Assembly: GCF_001194135.2 (NCBI RefSeq)
Contig: NC_069005.1
Span: forward strand, 2,705,807-2,743,112
Origin: Octopus bimaculoides
Taxonomy: Eukaryota
DNA length: 37,306 nt
Reading direction: 5' to 3'
This document shows, piece by piece, positions 24,025 to 37,306 of the stretch; position 1 is the first letter of the stretch; each line of letters begins with the position of its first letter. The position numbers were made by a program, and so were the translations under genes. The notes under the pieces were generated by a model, which worked only from the letters and a program-made list of their open reading frames with translations, did no database searches and had not been told where the DNA came from.

Positions 24025-24730
24025 TTTATGTACTAGAAATGTGGGCATACTCATATACATTAATATAGATGTATATATATAAATATATATACCCACATAT
24101 ATATCATTCTATGGTTCTATCCAGTGTTATTATATGTGTGCGTGTGTATGTATGTATACGTATGCTTACAATACATACTTATATGTATATGTACACACAC
24201 ACACACACACACACACACATATGCATGTATGTATAAATACATATATACTTACATATGCACGGTTTGCGTATGCACCCACAGCAATGTATGTAAGTGTACT
24301 TGAAATCTGTAGTCAGAGTTTGTGTGTATCTGTTTGTAAGATGGCGAGTTGCGGAGTCGGGGAAGAAAAAGAAGAATACAAAAAAAAAGTTAAATAAATA
24401 AATAAATATTTGATGTATCGAATGTTAAGTGGCCATTGTCAGAATGGAATCGTAAATAATGAAAAGCCGAATTGGAAAATATGCACACACAGTCTCACAC
24501 AAATACACACACACACACACACACACACATACACACACACACACACGCGCGCGCACATCTAGAAACAGTCAAACAAACGCACAAAAGCTGAAACGAAAAA
24601 AAATTCAACACAAAAATGAAGTCGACACAACACTATCAACAAGATCAACAACAGCAACAGAAACTACAATAGATGCTTGTAGAGAGATATGAAAACGTGT
24701 ATGTATATATGTATACATATATGCGCACGC

Positions 24731-24787
<57 letters not shown>

Positions 24788-25406
24788 CGTGTGTGTATAT
24801 GCATGCATATGTATATTATTTATAGGTATATGTGTGTGTGTGTAACATTTTATAAGATATTTTAAAAAGTNNNNNNNNNNNNNNNNNNNNNNNNNNNNNN
24901 NNNNNNNNNNNNNNNNNNNNNNNNNNNNNNNNNNNNNNNNNNNNNNNNNNNNNNNNNNNNNNNNNNNNNNNNNNNNNNNNNNNNNNNNNNNNNNNNNNNN
25001 NNNNNNNNNNNNNNNNNNNNNNNNNNNNNNNNNNNNNNNNNNNNNNNNNNNNNNNNNNNNNNNNNNNNNNNNNNNNNNNNNNNNNNNNNNNNNNNNNNNN
25101 NNNNNNNNNNNNNNNNNNNNNNNNNNNNNNNNNNNNNNNNNNNNNNNNNNNNNNNNNNNNNNNNNNNNNNNNNNNNNNNNNNNNNNNNNNNNNNNNNNNN
25201 NNNNNNNNNNNNNNNNNNNNNNNNNNNNNNNNNNNNNNNNNNNNNNNNNNNNNNNNNNNNNNNNNNNNNNNNNNNNNNNNNNNNNNNNNNNNNNNNNNNN
25301 NNNNNNNNNNNNNNNNNNNNNNNNNNNNNNNNNNNNNNNNNNNNNNNNNNNNNNNNNNNNNNNNNNNNNNNNNNNNATATATATATATATATATATATAT
25401 ATACGC

Positions 25407-25441
<35 letters not shown>

Positions 25442-25725
25442 CAGACAGAGACCGAGACACAGATACGTAGACAGATAACCATACAGATAGATAGATTGAT
25501 AGATACATATATATATATATATATATATGATGCAATATACTTAAACACACACTAGGGATGATATACACACAGGCGGACTTAAATAGACACGCGTATATAC
25601 ATTATTACATATCAATAGCAATCAGCATATTTGTACATAATCTATTGCACACATACATTTCCTTTCAATTCTGTCTTTCACACATTCTGAGAATCACGCA
25701 TACACAAAGACAGACAGACACACAC

Positions 25726-25758
<33 letters not shown>

Positions 25759-25863
25759 CACACACACGCACACACGCACACATATATATATATGTATATA
25801 TACGCACACACAAACCCACAAAGCCATACATTTTCACAATCAAAATATGCCTACAACGAAACA

Positions 25864-25906
<43 letters not shown>

Positions 25907-26384
25907 TTTTCGATGCATAATTTGACACATTAACAAACTTTGTGTAATTCTCCAGCAAACACATTCTCAAACACGCTTGTTTCTCTTTCTGTTACACACA
26001 GACTCAATCACATGCTCGCACACACACTCACACACACACACGCACGCACGCACGCACGCACAGTTCGTCGTTTTTCACTGACACCTACACATACACTCAC
26101 ATTGAAAAACAGACACAGGCGCACTCTAATATACATTCACGTATACGCAATTGGTCAGACACACTTATTAGAAATTGTGGGTTTTTTTTAACATGACTCG
26201 AGGTGTTGTTATTGTTGTTGTTGAAGAGGATGTTTTCAGCTCTTTTTTTAAAAAATTTTTTTTCATAAACGTTAATATCTATTCTGTTGTAGAGTCTAGT
26301 GTGGTTTCTCTCATTCCATTCTTTCCTTCTATCTTTCTTTCTTTCTTTATGTTGTGGCGTTGGTGGTTGTTAGGGGCTGTCCAT

Positions 26385-26590
26385 TACAAGAGTTGTTAGA
26401 ACAGCAGACAGATTTTTATTGCAAATATATTGCAGCTCTTACATTCTTGGTTCAAATCCGATCGAGGTCAGCTTCGTCTTTGATCTTTTTGGGAGTCGAT
26501 AAATGAAAGCAAATACAAGGTCATCTCCTAGGTCGATAGTATCGATTAAATATTTCCAATCAATGGTGCTGTAGATGTGCTCATATTACA
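26385..26590 (+). mobile_element. SINE family 1 (highly degenerate)
   Basis: GGTTCAAATCCGATCGAGGTCAGCTT...GGGAGTCGATAAA...GGTCGAT. Confidence 0.55.
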
Positions 26591-26611
26591 AAAATATAGT
26601 CACATACAGGC

Positions 26612-26652
<41 letters not shown>

Positions 26653-26716
26653 AACACACATACACACACACACACTTATATATATGTACATATATATCTA
26701 TATGTATAGCTATCTA

Positions 26717-26872
26717 TATTATTTACATTATTTACACTATATTTGACGGATATTTGTCCTCATCTTGTTTGTTGTTAACACAACGTTTCGGCTGATATAA
26801 CCTCCAGCCTTCATCAGGTGTCTTGGGGGAAATTTTTAACCTGGGTCCTCATTCCTAAGGTATTTTTTGATG
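26717..26872 (-). mobile_element. Penelope-like inverted pLTR upstream of a 5'-truncated element
   Basis: Reverse complement of the 3242-3340 sequence; directly precedes the microsatellite and GIY-YIG fragment. Confidence 0.8.
26777..26822 (-). ncRNA. Minimal type I hammerhead ribozyme-like motif
   Basis: Reverse complement GACAC-CUGAUGA-A-GGCUG(gagguuauau)CAGCC-GAAA-CGUU-GUGUU. Identical to 3249-3294 except 3 changes, all in loop II. Confidence 0.65.
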
Positions 26873-26991
26873 TTCTTCTTCTTCTTCTTCTTCTTCTTCT
26901 TCTTCTTCTTCTTCTTCTTCTTCTTCTTCTTCTTTTTCTTCTTCTTCTTCTTCTTCTTCTTCTTCTTCTTCTTCTTCTTCTTCTTCTTCTT

Positions 26992-27056
<65 letters not shown>
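26873..27056. repeat. (CTT)n switching to (ATT)n
   Basis: Direct reading. Confidence 0.95.
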
Positions 27057-27352
27057 CCCATGCAGCTGTGATAAGTTATACAAAGGCGAAACATGTCGCC
27101 CCTTCAAAATAAGGGTAGACTAACATCGCAAAGCAGTGACACGGTGCGATATTGATAAATCGGGTATAGCTGATCATGTATGGAAAAATGGGGACCACCT
27201 TCCCTCTGTGGGACGAAGTTAAAATAATAGACAGAGAACACCATTGGAAAATACGAAAACTAAAAGAAGCAGCACATATGCTAGGACACAACAACCTCCT
27301 AAGCAGACCTAGTGCAGATATGAAGAGCATATGGGAACGGGTATTAAGATAG
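27055..27352 (+). pseudogene. Penelope-like GIY-YIG endonuclease C-terminal fragment
   Basis: IPCSCDKLYKGETCRPFKIRVD*HRKAVTRCDIDKSGIADHVWKNGDHLP / LWDEVKIIDREHHWKIRKLKEAAHM...WERVLR*. Carries Y-K-G-E-T, R..(E)H, S.IA.H and R...E..H motifs; one stop (27121-27123) and one 1-nt frameshift near 27205. Confidence 0.85.
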
Positions 27353-27402
27353 AAACATATTAGATTTATAAGCCCTAAAATTCGCTCCATAATTCACTCT
27401 AC

Positions 27403-27466
27403 GAGCTATGGCGTAGTAGATAAGATCGCAGACTACTAACCTCAAGATTCCGAGTTCGATTCCAGC
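27403..27466 (+). other. tRNA-like Pol III module (A and B boxes), not a functional tRNA call
   Basis: TGGCGTAGTAG at 27409-27419 and GAGTTCGATTCC at 27452-27463, with tRNA-like spacing; no complete acceptor stem. Confidence 0.65.
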
Positions 27467-27477
27467 ATTTTGAAAAT

Positions 27478-27658
27478 GTATATATATATATATATATATA
27501 TACATGCCAACGCACGAAGCTACTTTTGCTAAATATTAGTATGTATATATCTATCAGTATGTATATATTATATAACATATATACATATATATATTCATAT
27601 ATATGTTTATATATATATATATGAATACATATATATATGTATTCATATATATATATGA

Positions 27659-27751
<93 letters not shown>

Positions 27752-27790
27752 CATACACACACATAGAGACACACACACACACACACAGAC
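27478..27790. repeat. (AT)n/(CA)n microsatellites
   Basis: Direct reading. Confidence 0.9.
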
Positions 27791-27902
27791 ACATAAACAC
27801 ACTTATAATATGCACTTCCATACACGCAAACAGTCATTCATACACATGTACAGAGCAAGAGAAATAGACAGAAAAGGTGGGGGGTAGATAGAGAGAGATG
27901 GT

Positions 27903-27947
<45 letters not shown>

Positions 27948-28149
27948 TATTTGTTTGTTTGTTTGTGTACGTATATGTATGTATATGTATGTGCTTGTTT
28001 GTGTTCGCGTGTATTTTCTCATAGTTTAGAGAAAAGTTTTGTTTTGAATAAAAATTCACTTCACACGTCAAAAACTCTGAAAGTGTCAATAGAAAAATAG
28101 AAAAGATGAAAGATAAATAGAACTATCTTAACATAAAAAAGGAACGCAC

Positions 28150-28157
28150 ACAACAAT

Positions 28158-28200
<43 letters not shown>

Positions 28201-28400
28201 GGTTTCATATCTAACTTCAGTAACGTCATCCGCGTCAGCACGAATAAAAACTATCACCACCACCACCACCACCACCACCACCACCACCACCACCTCAACA
28301 ACAACAACAATGGACATCATCATCATCATTATCATCCTTATGGTTATCATTATGATGATCATCATCACCAGTGCCACCAGCATCATTAGCATCATCAGCG
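28150..28400. repeat. (CAA)n, (CAC)n and (CAT)n tracts
   Basis: Direct reading. Confidence 0.9.
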
Positions 28401-29169
28401 TCATTATCCAGAATATCAAAGTCATCCGAATCAAAACACGCATTTCACTGTTGCCGTAAATAAACGTGTTATATGCATTTCCCTCGCGAGATGATGGTAT
28501 ATAAAGGCTGGCTAATGTTTTCCAAGACGTGCATAATTAGAAGAAAAAAATGTCTAGGGCTTACATACAACGCGGCATTTCTGTCCGTTATGCCGTTTGT
28601 GAAATTCCTATGAGTCCGTCATTATGATATTTGAAATATCATGGCGTTTAAATATTTTATTTTTAATTGCTTCATCATTTATTTTTGTCATAAACAAATA
28701 GGATAGTTTTGATAAGGATGACAACTTCAACAACTAGAGAATACCCCCCCCCTCACCCATCTCAAAATATGAAAATCCATTGATAAATTATAACGAAAAA
28801 ATTTTTTTTTTTTTGTAATAAAGCTATTAATGAAAGTTTTATATTTGCATCGGGTAAAAGTTTGGAATGATTGCATAAATGATTTAATTGAAAAGTCGTG
28901 TATGACTGGTATCTATTCAGATTTAATGTTTCTATTTATTGTTTAAAGATTCCCGAAACCGCGATGAAATTCAGAAAATGGAGATTCGAAAAATCGCATG
29001 ATTCAACAATACATCATAATGTGAGTGATCGGTCGTTGCAAGACAATAAAGCGGGTACATGTAGAAAAGCTATGTCTTTCTTACGCGTTTGTCGGTTTCC
29101 GGAAGTGAGGGCAAAGTGAACATCGCAACTGGGGGTTGTTCGCCAAAAAAAAAAAAGGAAAAAACAATA

Positions 29170-29305
29170 TATACAGATTACAGCGACCCCAAGTGCTGAA
29201 CTGGTATTTATTTTATCGACGCTAAAAGACTGAATGTTGACCTCGGTAGAATTTTGAAATGAAATTCTAAAGCCGGAAGAAACGCCACTAAGCATTCTAA
29301 AGGTT
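29170..29305 (-). mobile_element. SINE family 1 (degenerate)
   Basis: CGACCCCAAGTGCTGAACTGGTATTTATTTTATCGAC...GACCTCGG...CTAAGCATT. Confidence 0.7.
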
Positions 29306-29344
29306 ATGTCCAATCCACCGAGAAACGCATCATTTTCTATATGT

Positions 29345-29545
29345 TTTGTAATTTTGGCACAAGTACCACAAATCTGTTCGATGGGACCACGATACCTTCC
29401 ACACCTGTGTTCAACAGGTGCTTATGTTTAAAACTTGGAAATGATGGAAGTCAAAGTCGTCGGCGGCTGCGTTTGAACTCTAAACATAAAGAGCCAGAAA
29501 AAAAAAGCCATTACGCAATTTGTCCAGGGCGGTAGCAATTCCGTT
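29345..29545 (-). mobile_element. SINE family 1 (degenerate, tandem to the previous copy)
   Basis: TTTTGGCACAAG...GATGGAAGTCAAAGTCG...TTTGAACTC...AGAGCCAGAA. Confidence 0.6.
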
Positions 29546-30074
29546 TTTTTGGACGCCATCACAATCGCTTAATTAAAAATTTATCATTTACTACATAATT
29601 GATTACTTTGAGATGAGAAAATAATTTCAAGAAATAGCTAGATTAAGGTGTTCCTATAGAAGTGGTAATCATCTGCATTTGCTCTCAGTTAATAGATTTC
29701 ATTAACGTCGACTAAACGTATTAGGAACACACACACATTAACGCTAAATTAGAGATTATGAGTTACTGTAGATCACAAAAATTACTCCAGGATATACATA
29801 TTCAACACAACAAAGTGAAAGAAATGGTTAAGTAATATTAGAAGGTGAGTGATTGGTAGTATATTAATGATTCCTATTAGCGTAAAAATGCATTTGCGAA
29901 GAAAGTATTAAATAGAAATATCTGATGCGAGATTTATGATATATGGTGCTTATTGTAATGTCAGTCCTAATTGTTTGTCTCTGACTATGTATGTTAATGT
30001 GTGTATATGTTTGTGTGTGTGGGTGTGTGTATGCATGTATATCTATATATACTCTATGTATGTATGTATGTATC

Positions 30075-30123
<49 letters not shown>

Positions 30124-30560
30124 NNNNNNNNNNNNNNNNNNNNNNNNNNNNNNNNNNNNNNNNNNNNNNNNNNNNNNNNNNNNNNNNNNNNNNNNNNNNN
30201 NNNNNNNNNNNNNNNNNNNNNNNNNNNNNNNNNNNNNNNNNNNNNNNNNNNNNNNNNNNNNNNNNNNNNNNNNNNNNNNNNNNNNNNNNNNNNNNNNNNN
30301 NNNNNNNNNNNNNNNNNATATATATATATATATATATATATAGCGTAAGATATAAGTTAGAGGTTATGAAACCATCTAAGGGACAGACGTCTCTTGCCTC
30401 TTGGTCTCTCAATGTTTTGTCTCAGATTATATTGACATGTATATTTACACAGTTGTGGAAAATAGAAATAATAGGAACGCCTGCTATTTTTACCATAACA
30501 CTGCTTAAGACACTTCTAGGAGAAAGATACTCTGATGTTTTGCTTGAAATCTAAATACGC

Positions 30561-30567
30561 GTCGTCG

Positions 30568-30614
<47 letters not shown>
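30561..30614. repeat. (CAT)n microsatellite
   Basis: Direct reading. Confidence 0.95.
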
Positions 30615-31885
30615 GTTTGAGTCAAGGAATGGACATTCAGGTGCCCGATCATTCTGCCAGAAATTACAGCCTAGAATTGCATTTATAAAATGTCTTGGCA
30701 TCATTAAGGAGGAAGGACGCATTGGCTAATGTAATCCGCGATAATCTATATCTGGAAAAGATCCGCAGTTTTAACACGACAAGCTCACTTCTGATTATAA
30801 GGTTCTTGCAAGACCATGCATGATCTGTGACTAACAACATCAAAAACACCCACAGACACACACACGCGAGCACACACACGCAAGCACACACACGCACACA
30901 CACACACATGCCCACATACACACACACATTATCGAACACAGAGAGGTAGAGGTCGTTTTACTAATTAAATTGTTTCTCTCGCGTGTATGATTTAGGCGCT
31001 GTACGCTTCGCAAAAGCATTTTCGATGTTATGCTTTGTTAGACAATTTAAAACGGTCTCTTCAGAGCTTTCTCATCTAGCTTACACACGCTCTTAATCTG
31101 ATACACTTTACCTAATAATATGCATGTAAGATCTATAACATTTCCATATCTCTCCGAGCAATATCATTCTAGCATGACATGCAATCAGGATAATGTCGTG
31201 GCTTTTATTCTAATAACTTTCGGCACATCAGGCACTACAGTGAGTTGCCTTGACACGCCTGTCTTTACTTGGACCCACATAAATATTTGCAACAACTGCA
31301 CACAAGATTTCTACATTTACTGTATTTGTCTGAAACATTGGCCTGTAACATCCGAAATTCCATTGTATACGCATTTGATTTTAATATTTGACTTTATAAA
31401 CGATACAACATAACTGGGGCGAATTTTAGTATCAGAAAACAATATTGTAGGTGAAATAATGCACGGTATAACGTATAGCTCAGGAATTTTACTATTAAAA
31501 ACTTAACTTCAGATGAATGAACGGTGCAAACATTTTCTCTGTATAGTTGATGTTCGGAAACAAAAACAGTGAGTGGAGTTTGTTGCTTGCTCCTTAGAAA
31601 AGACTTACGGAGATTCATTTACTAACGAACAGCAGAGTTAGTGGATAATCTAATTTGCATATTATTCGTTTTCTTTCGCAGCTCGCAATTAATTAAATAT
31701 TTTTTAGTATTATGCAGAACGCAGTATGAATTAGAACTCAAATGTAGTATAACATTTCATATCACTGCGGTAGTTTAACTACAAATATACACACACATTT
31801 CCTAGGAACTAATATTTATATTTCAGAGCTTCTATTTTTGTTACAGATGTGATTGTTCTTTCTATATAGAGATTTTCTAACTATC

Positions 31886-32916
31886 AGGTGCAGGTGTGGC
31901 TGTGTGGGAATAAGCTTGCTTCACAGTCACATGGTTCCGGGTTCAGTCCCATATATATATATATATATATANNNNNNNNNNNNNNNNNNNNNNNNNNNNN
32001 NNNNNNNNNNNNNNNNNNNNNNNNNNNNNNNNNNNNNNNNNNNNNNNNNNNNNNNNNNNNNNNNNNNNNNNNNNNNNNNNNNNNNNNNNNNNNNNNNNNN
32101 NNNNNNNNNNNNNNNNNNNNNNNNNNNNNNNNNNNNNNNNNNNNNNNNNNNNNNNNNNNNNNNNNNNNNNNNNNNNNNNNNNNNNNNNNNNNNNNNNNNN
32201 NNNNNNNNNNNNNNNNNNNNNNNNNNNNNNNNNNNNNNNNNNNNNNNNNNNNNNNNNNNNNNNNNNNNNNNNNNNNNNNNNNNNNNNNNNNNNNNNNNNN
32301 NNNNNNNNNNNNNNNNNNNNNNNNNNNNNNNNNNNNNNNNNNNNNNNNNNNNNNNNNNNNNNNNNNNNNNNNNNNNNNNNNNNNNNNNNNNNNNNNNNNN
32401 NNNNNNNNNNNNNNNNNNNNNNNNNNNNNNNNNNNNNNNNNNNNNNNNNNNNNNNNNNNNNNNNNNNNNNNNNNNNNNNNNNNNNNNNNNNNNNNNNNNN
32501 NNNNNNNNNNNNNNNNNNNNNNNNNNNNNNNNNNNNNNNNNNNNNNNNNNNNNNNNNNNNNNNNNNNNNNNNNNNNNNNNNNNNNNNNNNNNNNNNNNNN
32601 NNNNNNNNNNNNNNNNNNNNNNNNNNNNNNNNNNNNNNNNNNNNNNNNNNNNNNNNNNNNNNNNNNNNNNNNNNNNNNATATATATATATATATACATGT
32701 GTGTATGTGTGTGTGCATATCTGTGGTTGTACCCGCCACCGTAGCCTGACAACCGATGTTGGCGTGTTTATGTACCCGTAACTTAGCGATTCGGCAAAAG
32801 ACACCGATAGTATAAGGACTAGGCTTACAAAAATATGTCCTGGAGTTGATTTGTTCGACTAAAGGCAGTGTTCCAGCATGGCCGCAGTCACATGACTGAA
32901 ACAAATAAGAGAAAAG
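31886..32916 (+). mobile_element. SINE family 2 spanning an assembly gap
   Basis: Head AGGTGCAGGTGTGGCTGTGTGG...GGTTCAGTCCC, then (AT)n and the gap. 3' half TGACAACCGATG...CCAGCATGGCCGCAGTCACATGACTGAAAC. The two halves are assumed to belong together. Confidence 0.75.
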
Positions 32917-33428
32917 TATATATGCAAGTATGTTATCTAATATGCATGAGAATAAATCATCCATATTTGTCAAAGCCCTTTCGTCGCCTTTTTGCCCCTT
33001 CTAATCCGGGTCAGCTACACTTCTTTCCCCAACCATCGAACTACAACAAAAGAAATCTGTCTCAACTCATACGTTTCCATTAAGTAACTTGTAGACCAAA
33101 TACGAAAGACAAAAGAGAAATAAATCAAAAGTCCAGACGTTGGAAAATATAAAACAAAAACAAACAAAATAACATTTTCTAAGTCAATTAGACGCAAAAC
33201 GAAAAACCATTACGTAATTCCAGAGTTGCGTCAGTACAGAAGAGTTCATTGAACTTGGAAAAGGAAACCGGATTCGTATCACGAGGAAGAATGTTAAATT
33301 TATTTAATTAAAATATTTTCACGCTTTGCGAGTGAATGTAATAAACCTAAGAACCGTGTATGTATAACACATTCCGCCTTATAAACTTGTTTACGTTTCG
33401 CATTTATTTTTTCAGCTATAATTCTCGC

Positions 33429-33441
33429 CACTACTACTACT

Positions 33442-33504
<63 letters not shown>

Positions 33505-33700
33505 GCTACTACTACCTTCGTTGCTCCTGCTCTCTCTCGATGATGATGATGATGATTCTGCTCCTGCTATTACCGCTGTAGCAGCAGCTGTTGCTGCTAC
33601 TAGTGCTGCTGTTGCTACTGCTGATCTTGTCGGTGCTGACAATGGTGGTGGCGATGACGTTGATGAGGTGATGGTGGTGTAGGCTGTCGTTGTGGGTGTG
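33429..33700. repeat. (CTA)n plus degenerate (GAT/GCT/GGT)n
   Basis: Direct reading. Confidence 0.9.
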
Positions 33701-33856
33701 CTGGTGTTCATATAGATGCTTTTGATATAATATCTACACTAAACAATCGAAAAATGCATATCGTTATACATACATACACATATATGCATACACACACACA
33801 TATATATTTATTTATATACATATATCTATATACGCATATATATGTGCATATATATG

Positions 33857-33890
<34 letters not shown>

Positions 33891-34010
33891 NNNNNNNNNN
33901 NNNNNNNNNNNNNNNNNNNNNNNNNNNNNNNNNNNNNNNNNNNNNNNNNNNNNNNNNNNNNNNNNNNNNNNNNNNNNNNNNNNNNNNNNNNNNNNNNNNN
34001 NNNNNNNNNN

Positions 34011-34130
34011 AGCTAATTCTTTGTAAGCCTAGTACTTATTCTATCGGACTGTTTTTGCCGAACCGCTAAGTTACGGGGATGCAAACACACCAGCATCTGT
34101 TGCTAGACATTGATGGGGAGACAAACACAG
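34011..34130 (-). mobile_element. SINE family 2, 3' half
   Basis: TTCTTTGTAAGCCTAGTACTTATTCTATCGG...GCCGAACCGCTAAGTTACGGGGA. Confidence 0.85.
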
Positions 34131-34147
34131 ATACACAAACGCACACA

Positions 34148-34198
<51 letters not shown>

Positions 34199-34796
34199 AT
34201 ACACGCCTGTGTATACATATATGTAAACATATATATGTGTGTATGTTCCTCTCAATGTGTGTGTGCGTGCAGATAAATGCATGTGTGTATGGCCTGAAAT
34301 ATTTAAATATAATAAGGAATATAAATCCGCCTCGCATTCGCTCGTAGACGCACAGACATGCACACATTCACAACCTCATGCCCTTCGACATACACACACT
34401 CGGATAAATCTTGTTGCATGAGGAAAAAAAAACTGTATGACGTGCAAAGTTTAATTAGAAACATTTTTGTATTTTTACTATCATATTAGAGTCAGGGAAA
34501 TATCATTTTTGAAAATGTCTTCTCCGTTAGCCAACATTCAATACAAAATGACGACCGGACGTATTCCCTAATCGAAGAAAGACGTTTGCAGACAAAAACA
34601 AACAGACAGACAGATAGATAGACAGGTAGACACACGTAGAAGATAATGGAGCGATTTAAAGACATGAGAAGAAACATATCAAAAATGACGTATGTCGAGA
34701 TTGTGATTCGAAACTATTATTTATTCGTAGACTCACACAAGTATAAGAACGAAAGGAACACCTTTTCACATAAGCACACACACAGGCACACATAAG

Positions 34797-34835
<39 letters not shown>

Positions 34836-35929
34836 GCACACACGCAAATACCCAAGCAATAAAAACATGCATGAGCTAAGTAAACTGAATTATGAATGTT
34901 GCAGTTCTGATACAAATAATTTGTAAATGAAAACTTGCACAATAACATAAGAAAAACTCACGCAAACACAAGCACAGAGACTCGCACGCAAGCATACTGG
35001 TACACATGCAAACACACACACACACACATTCATGCATGTCTATTTATCTAACGGTCGTATGAGACATAACAATTTTGTTTTCCAGCAGGTTTCTGTTGGG
35101 GGTCTCCTTTGCATGATTTCATCAGAAATGATATTTAGGCCTTGCCCAATATATTCTACGACCACGTACTTATGCTTCTTGCAAACAAGTGGAAGTTCTT
35201 TCTGTGACCTTTCGAAACGAATAAAAATAAATCCTGGCCGATGTAAGGGACAATATTTTTATGTCGTGAGAGAGAGAGAGAACGTAATTGAAACGCTTTC
35301 AAGTGATTAGTTGAGGGAAAATAGAGGAGAAAGAAAAAGGAGAGAGAAAATGAAAACAAGGCGAAGCATGAGATAGAAAGAGAGAGAGGGAGAAAACAGA
35401 GAGCAAAGAGAGCGCCCATGACGTATTTATTACGTGGTTAAAAAAAAGTTAGTTGAAGGTAAAGGGAAGTTTAAAATATAATTTTAGCAGAGGGGTGATG
35501 TTCTGATCGTGAGGTTAAAGAAAGTCATAAGGGGGAGAAAGAGGAGGGAGAGAAAGGGGAAGAATGGGAGGAGGAGAAGGATGTGACGATGATTGTGATG
35601 GAGATGTTGGTGGTGGCGGTAGCGGTGATGCATGGATAGGGAAAAGTATACTTACTTTCTTGTCCCATCCTCCTCCTCCCCCTCCTGCTCTATATCATCA
35701 TCACCACCATACTCATTGTGTTCGCCATCGTCGTTGGTGTCAACATCCCGTACTCCTCTTCTTTCTCCTCCTCCTCCCCTTCTTCCTCTCCTCCGCATTC
35801 CCCTCCTCCTCGGAGTCATCGTTATCATCACTATCATCATCATCAAAAATATCATTACTTCTATATTTGCAAATTCCATTTGAGAATTTATATTTATTTT
35901 CGTTTTGTTGTTAAAGGATTATCCTTATT

Positions 35930-36885
<956 letters not shown>

Positions 36886-37306
36886 TCGAATGATATGTAC
36901 TCAAACAAACAAAACAATCAATCCAGCCAAGAAACAAACAAACACACAACCACACAAAAACACATATTCACAAACTCACATATTCTCCAATGGCGTATTG
37001 TATTGCCTTTTGATATAAATGGCGAATATTTTCCAAAGATGAATTCCCCAATTTCACTGCTTAACGGCATTACGTCTTTTTCTCTAATATTCTCCTATCA
37101 AATGTGAATCAATAGAAGACAAATTTTTTCCCCTCTTCTTCTTTATTCTGCTATTTTCTGAAAGAATACAGCAGGTATAATAATAAATTTGATATCTCAC
37201 GAGAAAATTTCACACGACAATCTTACTGGCATGATACTTAGTCTAACTTTAGAATGTAATACACAATTTTTTTTCATTAGCTGAAATTAAATTACACACA
37301 CACACA

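Noticed and set aside
27403-27466. Functional tRNA gene
   Set aside because: Degenerate A box, disrupted anticodon stem and no 3' acceptor strand.
31174-31239. AFILITFGTSGTT as an AMP-binding signature
   Set aside because: Spacing does not fit the ...TSGTTGxPK motif and nothing supportive follows.
35040-35260. - strand open frame KHKYVVVEYIGQGLN resembling kinase subdomain V
   Set aside because: Similarity is superficial, with no convincing splice boundaries and no other kinase exons seen.

Overview
AT-rich, microsatellite-saturated eukaryotic draft sequence with 11 N-gaps (5340-6014, 8287-8503, 10592-10882, 13396-14029, 16932-16941, 22450-22459, 24871-25376, 30124-30317, 31972-32678, 33891-34010, 36230-36631). 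The SINE families resemble repeats I recall from Octopus, so a cephalopod origin is inferred but not verified. No host gene can be called with confidence, and most listed ORFs are translations of simple repeats or N-runs. What is supportable is a dense retroelement landscape. (1) About 20 copies or fragments of three tRNA-derived SINE families. (2) Two Penelope-like remnants, each with a minimal hammerhead-ribozyme motif; one also has a broken GIY-YIG endonuclease followed by a tRNA-like module. (3) R4/Dong-like non-LTR fragments inside an (AAT)n array: a young 3' end present twice across a gap, and an old antisense N-terminal fragment. (4) A 166-bp TGTT...AACA element with a perfect 5-bp target-site duplication, probably a solo LTR. 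(5) An unassigned ~187-bp repeat present twice, each copy followed by a (GAT)n tail. A few + strand exon candidates are reported as speculative only. Element boundaries were read by eye and are approximate (about +/-10 nt for degenerate SINEs).
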